DNA of 64,000 nucleotides from Candidatus Multivorans sp. (lineage in GTDB: Bacteria > Acidobacteriota > Thermoanaerobaculia > Multivoradales > Multivoraceae): NCBI GenBank assembly GCA_965247095.1, contig OZ251997.1, positions 4,387,689 through 4,451,688 on the forward strand, given 5' to 3'. The notes beneath the pieces were generated by a model. The model did no database searches. It was given only the letters and a program-made list of their open reading frames with translations, and had not been told where the DNA came from. Below are positions 46,701-55,538 of this stretch, piece by piece (the stretch's first letter is position 1; every line of letters starts with the position of its first letter). The position numbers and the translations under genes were made by a program.

Positions 46701-49340
46701 TTAGGTCGTCCGATGGCGGGCCCTTCGCGGGCTTCGCAGCGCGCGGACGAACTCGCGCACGGTCGCCGGTCGGGCGCCGGCCCGAATCCGTTCCTCCGCC
46801 AGGTCGAACGCCATCTTCCACTGCCGGCGCAGAATGCCGTGGGCGGCGAAGAATCCATAGCGGCGGTCGTACATGTGGGTGGCCTCCGAAGTGACGCCGT
46901 TCACTTCGAGTACGCGGATGCCCTCGCCGCGCTGGAGCGCTTCGCCGCTCGGGACCCGTACGTCGAAGCGGCCGAAGTCGAAGCCGTCGTAGGCGGTGCT
47001 GATCGCGTTCATCGCCTGTTCGAGTTCCTGAGTGTGGAGGTGGTTCGCGTCGAGGAAGATCGTGCCGCGGGAGTGCGCGCCGACCTCGGTCAGTTCGACG
47101 ATTTCGCCGGCTGCCGGCGTTCGCGTCGCGGCATCGGGATGCTCCTTCGCGTAGATGGGTGCGATCGCAACGGCGCGGCGGTCCAGGAGGATCAGCCGCT
47201 CCAGGGTGCTCCGGCCGTCGCCGGTCACGGTCGGCCGCAACTTGTGGGTGATCGAGAAAACGTGCCCGTCCGACCGGCCGGGATGCCGGGCCCAGAAGAC
47301 GCCGTACTCCTCGCCCGCGACGTACTCCTGTACGAGTGCCGGTCCGGGCGTCGCCTCGAAGAACCCGGCCGCGTCGGCTTCTGAGTGCGCTACGGCGATG
47401 CCGCGTCCCCGCTCGCCGGTGTCGGGCTTGAGGACGGCGGGGTAGTCCAGGTCTTGGTCCGCCAGGAACCGCCGGAGCGCGTGGAATCGCTCCTCGCTGT
47501 CTCCCGGCGCTAGCCGCCGCCAGACCGGCAGGGCGTCGCCAATGCCGGCCAGGCCGTCCAGGATGTCGCTCTTCGACTCCCCGAGCAGGCCGCCCAGGGG
47601 CATGGCCGGGTTGATCGCGGTGAAGAAGGCAGGTCGGCCGCGGCGCAGGCCCTGCCACAGGATGAAGAGAGCCAGGGGCGGGTAGAAGGCCCACATGGGC
47701 CAGAACTCCCAGTGCCGGATTCGCAGCAACCGGCCGCGCCAGAGCCGGCGGCCGCGCCAGGTGAGGAGCGGCAGGACGAACGTGCGCACGCCGAAGATCA
47801 GGAGCGCCAGCGCCAGCGCCGCCGCGAGCAGGCCGCCGGGCAGGCGGCCGCCGAACCGCTCGACGGCCTCGCGGCCCAGCAGCGCGTTCATGCCCACGAA
47901 CGCGGGCGTCCAGATCGCCACGGCCAGGGCGAAGTACATGCAGAAGCGGAGCAGGCTGGTGCGCAGGATGCCGGCGGCGAGGCAGGTCGGCAGCCGCGAA
48001 CCGGGCAGGAAGCGGCTGATCAGGACGACCACCAGGGCACGTCGCCGCAGCCATGCGGAGGCCTCCTCGATCGCGGCCTCGCTGACCCACCACTTGAACG
48101 GCGGCAGCTTGAGCGCGGGCCGCCCGAGGATCCGGGCCAGCCAGGCGAGTCCCAGGTCGCTGCTCAGGATGCCGATGTAGCAGGCGGCTACGGCGACGGG
48201 GAAGTCGAGCCGTCCCTGGGCGATGAGCAGACCGGCCGTGATGCAGGTCAGATCCTCACTCAGATAGGCGGCGAACACGAGGAGCAGGAAGACGATGAGC
48301 AGGGCCGGGCCGGTGAACGGCGGCAGGTCCGTGTCGTCGAACGGCATCGCTGCCCGCCGCAGTCGCTCCGGTTCGGCGTCGGCGCGTGTCGGCGCCTCGC
48401 CGGCTTCGACGCGGCCGAGGAACTCCTCGATTCGTTCCGCCAAGTCGTCGCCGCCCCGGAACAGGAAGAAGTGACTGTCGGGGCGCATCCACAGCTCGCT
48501 GTGGGGCACGATGCGGTGGTGTTCCAGGGCCGCCGCGGCCGGCACCAGCGGATCCTGTTCGCCGTGGACGATGAACACCGGCGCTTCGAGCGCCTCGAGG
48601 ATCCCGCGCATCGGGCGCTGGTCCGTGTCGTAGAAGTTGCGGGCGTAGGAGCGGGCGACCGGACTGTCGAAGGCGCCGAAGTGCGGGACCAGATTGCGCA
48701 GTCCCCAGAACAGGCCGAGCTGGAGACCGTGCAGGCCGTGGTTCACGGTGTAGTCGCCGAGCAGTTCGAGTTCCTGGACGCCGATCGAGGCGACGAGAAC
48801 GAGCGACGCCACCCGATCGGGGGAGTCGTCCGCCATGTGCAGTGCCGGGCCGCCGCCCATGCTGAAGCCGAGGGCATGGAAACGTTCGACTCCCAACTCG
48901 TCGAGCAGGACGACAGCCGCTTCGGCGTGGGCGCGGATCGAGTAGTCGTTCACCCTGCGCTCGGAGGCGCCGAAGCCGGGAAGGTCGGGGGCGAGGACGC
49001 GGCGCCGTTCCGCGAGCCGGGGCGCCAGACGCCGGAAATCGTCCGCGCTGCCAGGTGAACCGTGGAGAAGTACGAGGGGCAGGGGCTCGTTCTCCGATTC
49101 GGCGCCGGCCGGCGCCGGCCACTCGCGCCACGCCAACCGGACCGGCCGGGAATCGCTCCCGGGAAGCGGCGCCTCGACGGTTTCTCGGCCCGGCGGCAGC
49201 GGCGCCGGGTCGGCCGTGACGCGCGCCAGAGTCGAGGCCAGCAGCAGCGCGGCGTAGACCCCGAGCAGGACCTTCAGCCAGATCCGGCGTCGTCGCGGGC
49301 GCCGATCGTCAGTCCGCTTCGGGAATGCCGATGGGACCAT
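46701..49340 (-). CDS. Three-domain fusion: alpha/beta hydrolase + DedA/VTT membrane domain + ATP-grasp ligase-like domain
   Basis: 879 aa. N-terminal hydrolase (LVLLHGSPGS...GFSMGGG...). Middle DedA signature (...LISRFLPGSRLP... with ~6 TM helices). C-terminal ATP-grasp-like region (...YPAVLKPDTGERGRGIAV...LVQEYVAGEEYGVFW...RVLEVNGV...). Overlaps olsA by 32 nt. Confidence 0.7.
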   Translation of the reverse strand: MVPSAFPKRTDDRRPRRRRIWLKVLLGVYAALLLASTLARVTADPAPLPPGRETVEAPLPGSDSRPVRLAWREWPAPAGAESENEPLPLVLLHGSPGSADDFRRLAPRLAERRRVLAPDLPGFGASERRVNDYSIRAHAEAAVVLLDELGVERFHALGFSMGGGPALHMADDSPDRVASLVLVASIGVQELELLGDYTVNHGLHGLQLGLFWGLRNLVPHFGAFDSPVARSYARNFYDTDQRPMRGILEALEAPVFIVHGEQDPLVPAAAALEHHRIVPHSELWMRPDSHFFLFRGGDDLAERIEEFLGRVEAGEAPTRADAEPERLRRAAMPFDDTDLPPFTGPALLIVFLLLVFAAYLSEDLTCITAGLLIAQGRLDFPVAVAACYIGILSSDLGLAWLARILGRPALKLPPFKWWVSEAAIEEASAWLRRRALVVVLISRFLPGSRLPTCLAAGILRTSLLRFCMYFALAVAIWTPAFVGMNALLGREAVERFGGRLPGGLLAAALALALLIFGVRTFVLPLLTWRGRRLWRGRLLRIRHWEFWPMWAFYPPLALFILWQGLRRGRPAFFTAINPAMPLGGLLGESKSDILDGLAGIGDALPVWRRLAPGDSEERFHALRRFLADQDLDYPAVLKPDTGERGRGIAVAHSEADAAGFFEATPGPALVQEYVAGEEYGVFWARHPGRSDGHVFSITHKLRPTVTGDGRSTLERLILLDRRAVAIAPIYAKEHPDAATRTPAAGEIVELTEVGAHSRGTIFLDANHLHTQELEQAMNAISTAYDGFDFGRFDVRVPSGEALQRGEGIRVLEVNGVTSEATHMYDRRYGFFAAHGILRRQWKMAFDLAEERIRAGARPATVREFVRALRSPRRARHRTT

Positions 49341-50157
49341 GAACGTCGCCGAGTGCCGCCAGTTCTTCGTTCGAGACCATCGGCCGGAAGCTACCTTCCA
49401 TCGTCTCCCGCAGTTGGCGGGCCAGCACCTTCCGATCCGCGCTCTGGAGCGGCTCGTTGCCGAAGGCCACTTCCGCTTCGATGCGGCGAAGCTGCAGGAG
49501 CTCAGGAGCGTGGGGGGTCATCGCCATGTAGCCCCACCAGGCGACGCTCAGGAACGCCGGCGTCTCGTCGGGCGGCGTCTCGTAGCGGACGACGGCCCAG
49601 TGGACCGGCAGTTCCTGCCCGGCCGCGGGCGCGAGCAGGGAGGGCTTCAGCGGGGCGATTTCGTTGCCGGGTGTCGACGTGCCTTCCGGGAACAGGATCA
49701 CCGGGTCGCCCGCCGCGAGCGCTTCGGCAATCTGTTCGCCAACCTTCGTGACGTCGCGCCGCCGGCCGCGGTCGACGAAGATGGTGTCGGCGGTGCGGCA
49801 CATGGCGCCGACGACCGGCCAGTCCCGGATCTCCGCCTTGGAGACGAAGCGCCCCGGGGCCAGCGCGGAGAGCAGGAAGACGTCGATATAGGAGAGGTGG
49901 TTCGAGATCAGCAGGAAGGGCTCCTTCGGCGGTTCGCCGCGCACCGTGACCCGGCAGCCGAGGATGGCCAGACTGGCGCGTCCCCACCGGCGCAGCACCG
50001 AGCGCCGGACGGCTCGCCAGGCCAGGGGAGCGCGCCGGGCCAGGAAGGGCCGCAGGATGAGTAGCGGGAACCAGGCGGCCAGTGCCGCCAGGAGGACAGC
50101 CGGCCCCCGCCAGATCATCCGCCAGATCCGGAGAGGACTTCTGCTCTTGGGCCGCAT
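49309..50157 (-). CDS. olsA: Lyso-ornithine-lipid O-acyltransferase / PlsC-family 1-acylglycerol-3-phosphate acyltransferase
   Basis: 282 aa with PlsC motifs (SNHLSYIDVFLL and VILFPEGTS). Follows the olsB-like gene with a 4-nt gap. Confidence 0.7.
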   Translation of the reverse strand: MRPKSRSPLRIWRMIWRGPAVLLAALAAWFPLLILRPFLARRAPLAWRAVRRSVLRRWGRASLAILGCRVTVRGEPPKEPFLLISNHLSYIDVFLLSALAPGRFVSKAEIRDWPVVGAMCRTADTIFVDRGRRRDVTKVGEQIAEALAAGDPVILFPEGTSTPGNEIAPLKPSLLAPAAGQELPVHWAVVRYETPPDETPAFLSVAWWGYMAMTPHAPELLQLRRIEAEVAFGNEPLQSADRKVLARQLRETMEGSFRPMVSNEELAALGDVHGPIGIPEAD

Positions 50158-50159
50158 CC

Positions 50160-51017
50160 TCAGCGCGGCGCTGGCGGCACTTCGGGTGCCGGTGGCGCCT
50201 CGTCCAGCCCGAAGATCAGCCGGGTCCTGCGGCTGAGAGCGGTCGTGTCCATCAGGACCAGGTAGTCGATCGTTTTGAACTCGCGGTCGATCGCGGGGCG
50301 GCTGCAGACCAGGGCGCCGTAGCGCAGGTAGGTGGCGAAGAGGGGCGGGATCTTGATGTCAGGCAGTGCGGCCACGCGATCGTCGGGCGCCTCGCAGAGG
50401 GTGTGGGGGAGGGGAGGTACGTCGAACTCGGGGTGGACCTTGCCCGCCGCCTGCAGTTGCCGGTAGAGCCGGATGCCGGCCGCCTGATCCTGACTGGTCA
50501 ATGAACAGCAGCCGAACAGGTAGCGGCACTGGCTGTGGACCAGGTACCGGGCCAGACCCTTCCAGAGCAGGAACAGTACGGTCCGCTTGCGGTGGTTGCG
50601 TTGAATGCAGGCGCGGCCGATCTCGACCGACTGATCGAGAACGCTTCCGGGCAGGACGTCCAGCTCGTACTCACCGGCCGAGTAGAAGCCGCAGCCGCGG
50701 GCGGCCATCGCCGCCGTCTGCATGCGGTAGGTCCCAATGAGGTGGCCGCCCACGTCGTCGACCAGCATGTGGTGGCAACTCGCGTCGAAACGGTCGGTGT
50801 CGCGGCCGGTGGCGAAGGACTCCTCGAGGCCCTCGCCCAGTTCCAGGTTGAAGACCTCGAAGCGCAGCGCAAGGAGCCGGTCGAGGTCCTGGGCGGTGCG
50901 CGCGAAACGGAGCCGGTAGCTGCCGACTTCGATCTCGCCGTCGGGGAGAAGCTCCGGGTTGGGAAGAGTGCCCGGCGGCTCGACAGGTCGGGACGGGAGA
51001 CTCGCCGACTCGGTCAT
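50160..51017 (-). CDS. olsB: GNAT-type N-acyltransferase, ornithine-lipid OlsB-like (hemolysin-like family)
   Basis: The real start is the ATG at ~51015-51017 (MTESASLPSRPVEP...). The listed ORF extends upstream through Arg-rich sequence. The core ...YRLRFARTAQDLDRLLALRFEVFNLELGEG... fits the OlsB/N-acyl-amino-acid synthase family (from memory). Confidence 0.65.
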   Translation of the reverse strand: MTESASLPSRPVEPPGTLPNPELLPDGEIEVGSYRLRFARTAQDLDRLLALRFEVFNLELGEGLEESFATGRDTDRFDASCHHMLVDDVGGHLIGTYRMQTAAMAARGCGFYSAGEYELDVLPGSVLDQSVEIGRACIQRNHRKRTVLFLLWKGLARYLVHSQCRYLFGCCSLTSQDQAAGIRLYRQLQAAGKVHPEFDVPPLPHTLCEAPDDRVAALPDIKIPPLFATYLRYGALVCSRPAIDREFKTIDYLVLMDTTALSRRTRLIFGLDEAPPAPEVPPAPR

Positions 51018-51895
51018 GAGCCCGCCCCGGTCGCGGCGCGTATCCACTCGGTAGTGGGCACCGTCAGGAAGAGGCGGTCGTCCTTGCGCCTCAGGATGCC
51101 GGAAACCGCGACCGGCTGGCCCACCCAGTCGAGCACCTCGGTCCCCATCGGCTGGCCGCGTTCGTCCAACAGATGGACCAGACGGCGTTCGTCGTTCTCC
51201 GTTCGGACCAGCAGTGCCGCCGGGATGCCGCCGCGGATGCAGAGGGAGGCGCAGTCCCGGTGGGGCTTGCCGCGGCCCGGCTTCATGGCGCCGAGGTAGC
51301 ACTTCGTGTCGACGATTTCGCCGACGAGGGTATGGGCGCGCAGGTAGAGGCGGTCGACCTCTGCGCCCGGTGGCGGAACCACTCCAGCCGCCGCGTCTTC
51401 GCTCTCACGAGCGGGGGGCAAGCCACCGGTTCCGAGGCCGCTTGGAGAGTCCGGTTCCGCCGGAGATCCTCCGTCGACGCCTCCTTCGGTGAGTTCCAGG
51501 GAATGCACTTCGAGCATCGCCGCTTCCGGGTTCCGGATCAGCGTGCCGGAGAGCTGGATTTCTCTGGATGGTGCGGCCGACCAAGGCGCGTTGGGAGGCT
51601 CATTCGCGTCGAGCCCGTGCTTTCCTTCCGCGACCAGAAGGTAACCCGCGGCAGGTCCGTCCGCCGTGAGCAGGCGGGGATGGGGATCGATGAGCAGTTC
51701 GCCGCTGTAGTCCCGCAGCGTGCCGTACTCGAACACTCCTTCGTCGAAGCGTTCCAGCAGCAGGGCCAGGCCGGCGCCGAGCGCCGCGGCCAGCAGCAGG
51801 AGCCCGATCACGGCGCGGCGGGCGAACCGGGAGATCCCGGGCGGCGTCTCATCGAGGTAGCCGACGTAGAACTCGGGTGGCGCGACCCGCGCCAC
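51014..51895 (-). CDS. Hypothetical membrane-anchored protein with Cys-containing C-terminal domain
   Basis: There is no ATG near the N-terminal hydrophobic anchor (...ISRFARRAVIGLLLLAAALGAGLALLL...). A candidate GTG at ~51893-51895 lies inside the type-B repeat. 4-nt overlap with olsB. Start is uncertain. Confidence 0.45.
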   Translation of the reverse strand: MARVAPPEFYVGYLDETPPGISRFARRAVIGLLLLAAALGAGLALLLERFDEGVFEYGTLRDYSGELLIDPHPRLLTADGPAAGYLLVAEGKHGLDANEPPNAPWSAAPSREIQLSGTLIRNPEAAMLEVHSLELTEGGVDGGSPAEPDSPSGLGTGGLPPARESEDAAAGVVPPPGAEVDRLYLRAHTLVGEIVDTKCYLGAMKPGRGKPHRDCASLCIRGGIPAALLVRTENDERRLVHLLDERGQPMGTEVLDWVGQPVAVSGILRRKDDRLFLTVPTTEWIRAATGAGS

Positions 51896-52050
51896 CCGTG
51901 AACCAGTCCGTGCGCCCGTCAATCGGGCGCACGGATGGCACTCGTCGCGGCGTTCGCCGGTCACGAGGGCTCCTCGGGCGTGTCGGGGGGCGCTGTGCAG
52001 TCGTCGTTCCCGGGCCCCGGATGCGGGCGAGACGCCCGCGGTCCCAGGGC
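51868..52050. repeat. Composite MITE/REP-like element (type B half ... type A half)
   Basis: gaactcgggtggcgcgacccgcgccacccgtgaaccagtccgtgcgcccgtcaatcgggcgcacggatggcac...ccggatgcgggcgagacgcccgcggtcccaggg. Overlaps the 3' end of the Rieske gene and the 5' end of the next gene. Confidence 0.65.
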
Positions 52051-53079
52051 CGGCTCGGCGTGCGTACCCGGCGGGTTCGGCCTCGGGTCGACGAGTACCC
52101 GGCCACCCTCGACGCGGACGTTGAAGGTCGGGATCGTCTCGGTGAAGGGCGGCGGCGAGCATCCGTCCTCAGGGCGGTACTGGTAGCCGTGCCAGGGGCA
52201 GGTGATGCAGCCGTCGATCACGCGGCCCTCGCCGAGCGGCCCGTTCTGGTGCTGGCAGACGTTCGATACGGCAGCGATCTTCTCGCCGCCATCCGTCCGG
52301 TAGCGGAAGACGGCTACCCGCTCGCCGCTGAGCACGAAGATGCGGGCGCGGTCGAGGGGGATGTCCGAGACCGCGCAGACATCGACCGCGGCGTCATCGG
52401 TGGTCGCCGCCGGGGACGACGCGCGCCCCCGCCAGCCCGCAACCAGGTGCAGCGAGGCGATGCCGACGAACCCCACGCCGAGCAGCCCCGCGAGCTGGGC
52501 AGGCCGTTCGGCCGCCTGCAAACTGCCCAGCGCCACGTGGACGAGGATCAGCCCGTAGGCGACGTAGACCAGCATGTGCAGCGACTTCCACACCGGCGCC
52601 GTCAGGTTCGCGAGCCAGAAGTCGTGCGAGGTCGCCGCCATCAGGAACAGGATGACGAGCGCCGTGAGGCCGAGCGCCTGGAAGGGGAACTGGGTCAGGC
52701 TGTCGTAGTTGCCGTTGCTCGCCAGCACGCTGACCAGGGGATTCAGGACCCCGAGACCGTGGAACTGGACGACAGCGAACCCGCCGTGGGCGGCCGCGAG
52801 CAGGAACATGCAGACGCCGAGGTGGCGGCGGTTGTAGAGCAGGGGCAGGAAGCGCCGGTCGAGCCGGCACAGCGGACCGATGGCGAGCACCACGTGAAGC
52901 AGCAGCAGGGCGCCCGCGCCCAACGCCCGGATGAGCAGGGTCTCGATCGTTGCCTGGGGCCGCGTCGAGATGCCGATGCCGACGAACAGGCCCAGGAAGA
53001 CCACCACGCCTACGGCGACGCCCAAGTCGTAGAGCCTCTTGTTGCGGTTCCAGAGAACCGCCTGGTACCCGGCGCTCAT
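51961..53079 (-). CDS. Ferric-reductase-like (heme b) transmembrane domain fused to a Rieske [2Fe-2S] domain
   Basis: The real start is the ATG at ~53077-53079 (MSAGYQAVLWNRNKRLYDLGVAVGVVVFLG...). The TM region has paired His (LLLHVVLA, AAAHGGF, TSHDFW, KSLHMLVY). The C-terminal Rieske motif is CQHQNGPLGEGRVIDGCITCPWHGYQY (CxH...CxxH). The last ~30 aa (...GPRASRPHPGPGNDD...) are repeat-encoded. Confidence 0.7.
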   Translation of the reverse strand: MSAGYQAVLWNRNKRLYDLGVAVGVVVFLGLFVGIGISTRPQATIETLLIRALGAGALLLLHVVLAIGPLCRLDRRFLPLLYNRRHLGVCMFLLAAAHGGFAVVQFHGLGVLNPLVSVLASNGNYDSLTQFPFQALGLTALVILFLMAATSHDFWLANLTAPVWKSLHMLVYVAYGLILVHVALGSLQAAERPAQLAGLLGVGFVGIASLHLVAGWRGRASSPAATTDDAAVDVCAVSDIPLDRARIFVLSGERVAVFRYRTDGGEKIAAVSNVCQHQNGPLGEGRVIDGCITCPWHGYQYRPEDGCSPPPFTETIPTFNVRVEGGRVLVDPRPNPPGTHAEPALGPRASRPHPGPGNDDCTAPPDTPEEPS

Positions 53080-53282
53080 GGTTGCGCTTCCGCGTCCGGA
53101 TCGTCTTCGCTCGGTTCGGGCGCGTCTGGGGGTTCTACCCAGGGCGCGTCGATGGCGGTGGGCAACTTGTCCACGAGCGGCGGTTCGGGGCGCAAGAGGA
53201 GCGCGGCGGTTAGCAGCCCCGCCACGATCGGGGCCAGCACCGCCCAGACCAGACGGTGACGCCGTCGCAAACCGCGGATCAC
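53076..53282 (-). CDS. Small hydrophobic protein (68 aa), translationally coupled
   Basis: MIRGLRRRHRLVWAVLAPIVAGLLTAALLLRPEPP... 4-nt overlaps at both ends with its neighbours. Confidence 0.4.
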   Translation of the reverse strand: MIRGLRRRHRLVWAVLAPIVAGLLTAALLLRPEPPLVDKLPTAIDAPWVEPPDAPEPSEDDPDAEAQP

Positions 53283-53557
53283 GGGGAAACCCGCCTCTGC
53301 CGACCGGCGGCCGCGTCACGGTGAGCGTTGCGCTCCGTCGGAGGCTGCCGGCCGGTGAGCCACCTCAGTAGGACCACCGGCCACAACGCGGCAACGCCGG
53401 GCAGGATGATGAGCCGAAAGCCAAGGCCGGTTGCCTTGGCGGCAGGATCGACGCGGCCCACGCCGCGCCAGACGAAGAACGGGGCGAAGGCCAGTCCACA
53501 GGCGATGTACACGGCGCAGAGCAGCACCACGACCTCGGCGGCGCGCTCGATGGACAT
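53279..53557 (-). CDS. Small membrane protein (92 aa, two TM helices)
   Basis: MSIERAAEVVVLLCAVYIACGLAFAPFFVW...LIILPGVAALWPVVLLRWL. Confidence 0.45.
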   Translation of the reverse strand: MSIERAAEVVVLLCAVYIACGLAFAPFFVWRGVGRVDPAAKATGLGFRLIILPGVAALWPVVLLRWLTGRQPPTERNAHRDAAAGRQRRVSP

Positions 53558-53652
53558 CGCGGGGAGTATACGCGCGCAGCGTGGCGAACCTGCCGTAGAC
53601 TCCGCACCGGTCTTGCCTTGGACAAGTCAACCTGGACGTAGAGGAAGAGAAC

Positions 53653-54795
53653 ATGCGGGTACCGTTTCGCTGCACGGCGACGATCCACGGAGGAGGCCTG
53701 AGATCGCTGCTGCTTGCGAGCCTGATGGCGGCACTGGCGTTCCCGGTCCTTGGCCAGGGAGGCACGCAGGACGTGACCGTCGAGGCCTACGAGCCGCGCT
53801 CGACGCTGAAGGTCGCGGGTGGCTCGGTCACGCGGGCGAAGTTCCCCTTCGTCGACGCCCACGCGCACTTGCGCGGCAGCGACCCGGCGCGGATCGACCA
53901 GATGGTCCGCGAGATGGACGAGATGAACATGGCCGTGTTCGTGAACCTGAGCGGCGGCAGCGGAGAGGGACTGAAGGCGAACATCGCCGCCACCAAGGGC
54001 CGCTACCCGGGACGGTTCGTCGTCTTCGCAAACGTCAACCTCTCGGGATTGGACCAGCCCGGTTGGGGGGAAGAGGCCGCCGCGCAGCTTGAGGCGGATG
54101 TTGCGGCCGGCGCCCAGGGCCTCAAGATCTACAAGAACCTCGGCATGTTCCTGACCGACAGCACCGGCGAGCGGGTGCCGGCCGACGATCCGCGCATCGA
54201 TCCGGTGTGGGCCAAGGCGGGCGAGTTGGGCATCCCGGTCCTGATTCACGTCGGTGAACCGTCGCCGTTCTGGGCGCCCTGGGACGAGCACAACGAGCGC
54301 TGGCTGGAGCTGAAGCAGTTTCCGAACCGCCGCCGCGATGACCCCTTGCGCTTCGCCTCGTTCGAGCAGACGATGACCGAACAGCACAACCTGTTCCGCC
54401 GTCATCCGGACACGATCTTCATCAACGCCCATCTTGGCTGGCTGGGCAACGACCTGGGGCGGCTCGGGGACCTGCTCGACGAACTGCCGAACATGTACAC
54501 CGAGATCGGCGCCGTGGTAGCGGAACTCGGCCGCCAGCCGCATACGGCGGCGGCGTTTCTCACCAAGTACCAGGACCGCGTCCTGATGGGCAAGGACGCC
54601 TACGCGCCGAGCGAGTACCACGTCTACTTCCGCGTGCTCGAGACCGCCGACGAGTACTTCGACTACTACCGCAAGCGCCACGCGCACTGGAAGATGTACG
54701 GGCTCGACCTGTCGGACGAGGTGCTCGAGAAGATCTACTTCCGCAACGCGCTGAAGATCATCCCCGGCCTCGACCGGCGCCTGTTCCCGGAGTGA
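53653..54795 (+). CDS. Amidohydrolase-2 (TIM-barrel metal-dependent hydrolase) family protein, secreted
   Basis: 380 aa with a signal peptide, VDAHAHL metal-binding start and later His/Asp positions (IHVGEP, INAHLGW). Confidence 0.75.
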   Translation: MRVPFRCTATIHGGGLRSLLLASLMAALAFPVLGQGGTQDVTVEAYEPRSTLKVAGGSVTRAKFPFVDAHAHLRGSDPARIDQMVREMDEMNMAVFVNLSGGSGEGLKANIAATKGRYPGRFVVFANVNLSGLDQPGWGEEAAAQLEADVAAGAQGLKIYKNLGMFLTDSTGERVPADDPRIDPVWAKAGELGIPVLIHVGEPSPFWAPWDEHNERWLELKQFPNRRRDDPLRFASFEQTMTEQHNLFRRHPDTIFINAHLGWLGNDLGRLGDLLDELPNMYTEIGAVVAELGRQPHTAAAFLTKYQDRVLMGKDAYAPSEYHVYFRVLETADEYFDYYRKRHAHWKMYGLDLSDEVLEKIYFRNALKIIPGLDRRLFPE

Positions 54796-55256
54796 GTTCC
54801 CGGCTGGCCCGGGGAGAGGCGACCCGGCGCGAGGAGGGCCAGGAGACCCTGCCCGCCCAGGGCCTCTTCCGCGGCCGGACGGTGGCGCGGCGGTTCGAGT
54901 CGCCGGACGGCTTCATCGTCCTGGTGGGGAAGACCGCCGCCGACAACGACGATCTGAGCCTGCGGCTTGCCCGTCCCGCCGACTTCTGGCTGCACGCGCC
55001 GTCCGGCGCCGGGTCGCATGTGCTGGTGCTCAACGACTCTGGCGTCGACCGGCTGCCACGGGCCACGCGGGACTTCGCTGCGGCGCTGGCCGCGCGCTAC
55101 TCCAAGTCCCGCGCCGGCGGCAGGGTGGCCGTGCATCTCGCCCGCGGCCGGGACCTGAGCAAGCCGCGCGGGGCGCCGCCCGGACGGGTCGCGCTACGAC
55201 GGTACGAGAGCGTCTTCGCCCGCCCGGCGGCCTTCGGCCGGGTCGACGACGCTTGA
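54792..55256 (+). CDS. NFACT-R / DUF814-domain protein
   Basis: 154 aa: ...FIVLVGKTAADNDDLSLRLARPADFWLHAPSGAGSHVLVLN... The start overlaps the previous stop (ATGA). Confidence 0.65.
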   Translation: MSSRLARGEATRREEGQETLPAQGLFRGRTVARRFESPDGFIVLVGKTAADNDDLSLRLARPADFWLHAPSGAGSHVLVLNDSGVDRLPRATRDFAAALAARYSKSRAGGRVAVHLARGRDLSKPRGAPPGRVALRRYESVFARPAAFGRVDDA

Positions 55257-55280
55257 CGAACCGCTGCCTTTCGCGAGAGC

Positions 55281-55538
55281 CTATGGACGCCCATCGCTTC
55301 GGAGCCGCGCTTCGACTTCTTCCATGATGGAAGGTACCGTCCTCTCACTCGGGCCGCTGTCCAGGCCTTCCTGTACGGCAGCCTGAAGGATCTCGAAATC
55401 GACCCGCCGCTCCCGATCGCGCCGAATCAGATCCCGGATGTACTCGCTGTCATTGGTGAAGTGGCCCGCGGCGATCCGCGCCTTGACCCACTGATCCTGC
55501 AGGTCCGTCAGGGTGATCGTCTTTCGAATAGTCCTCAT
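55281..55538 (-). CDS. ParD-family (RHH, COG3609) antitoxin, apparently orphan
   Basis: 85 aa: MRTIRKTITLTDLQDQWVKARIAAGHFTNDSEYIRDLIRRDRERR... No ParE/RelE-like ORF follows; the convergent DUF814 gene ends 25 nt away. Confidence 0.7.
   Translation of the reverse strand: MRTIRKTITLTDLQDQWVKARIAAGHFTNDSEYIRDLIRRDRERRVDFEILQAAVQEGLDSGPSERTVPSIMEEVEARLRSDGRP

Noticed and set aside
55097-55348. 83-aa minus-strand ORF downstream of parD that could have been the ParE toxin
   Set aside because: Sequence is Arg/Ser/Ala-rich with no RelE/ParE fold features, and it lies antisense inside the DUF814 gene. I therefore treat ParD as an orphan.
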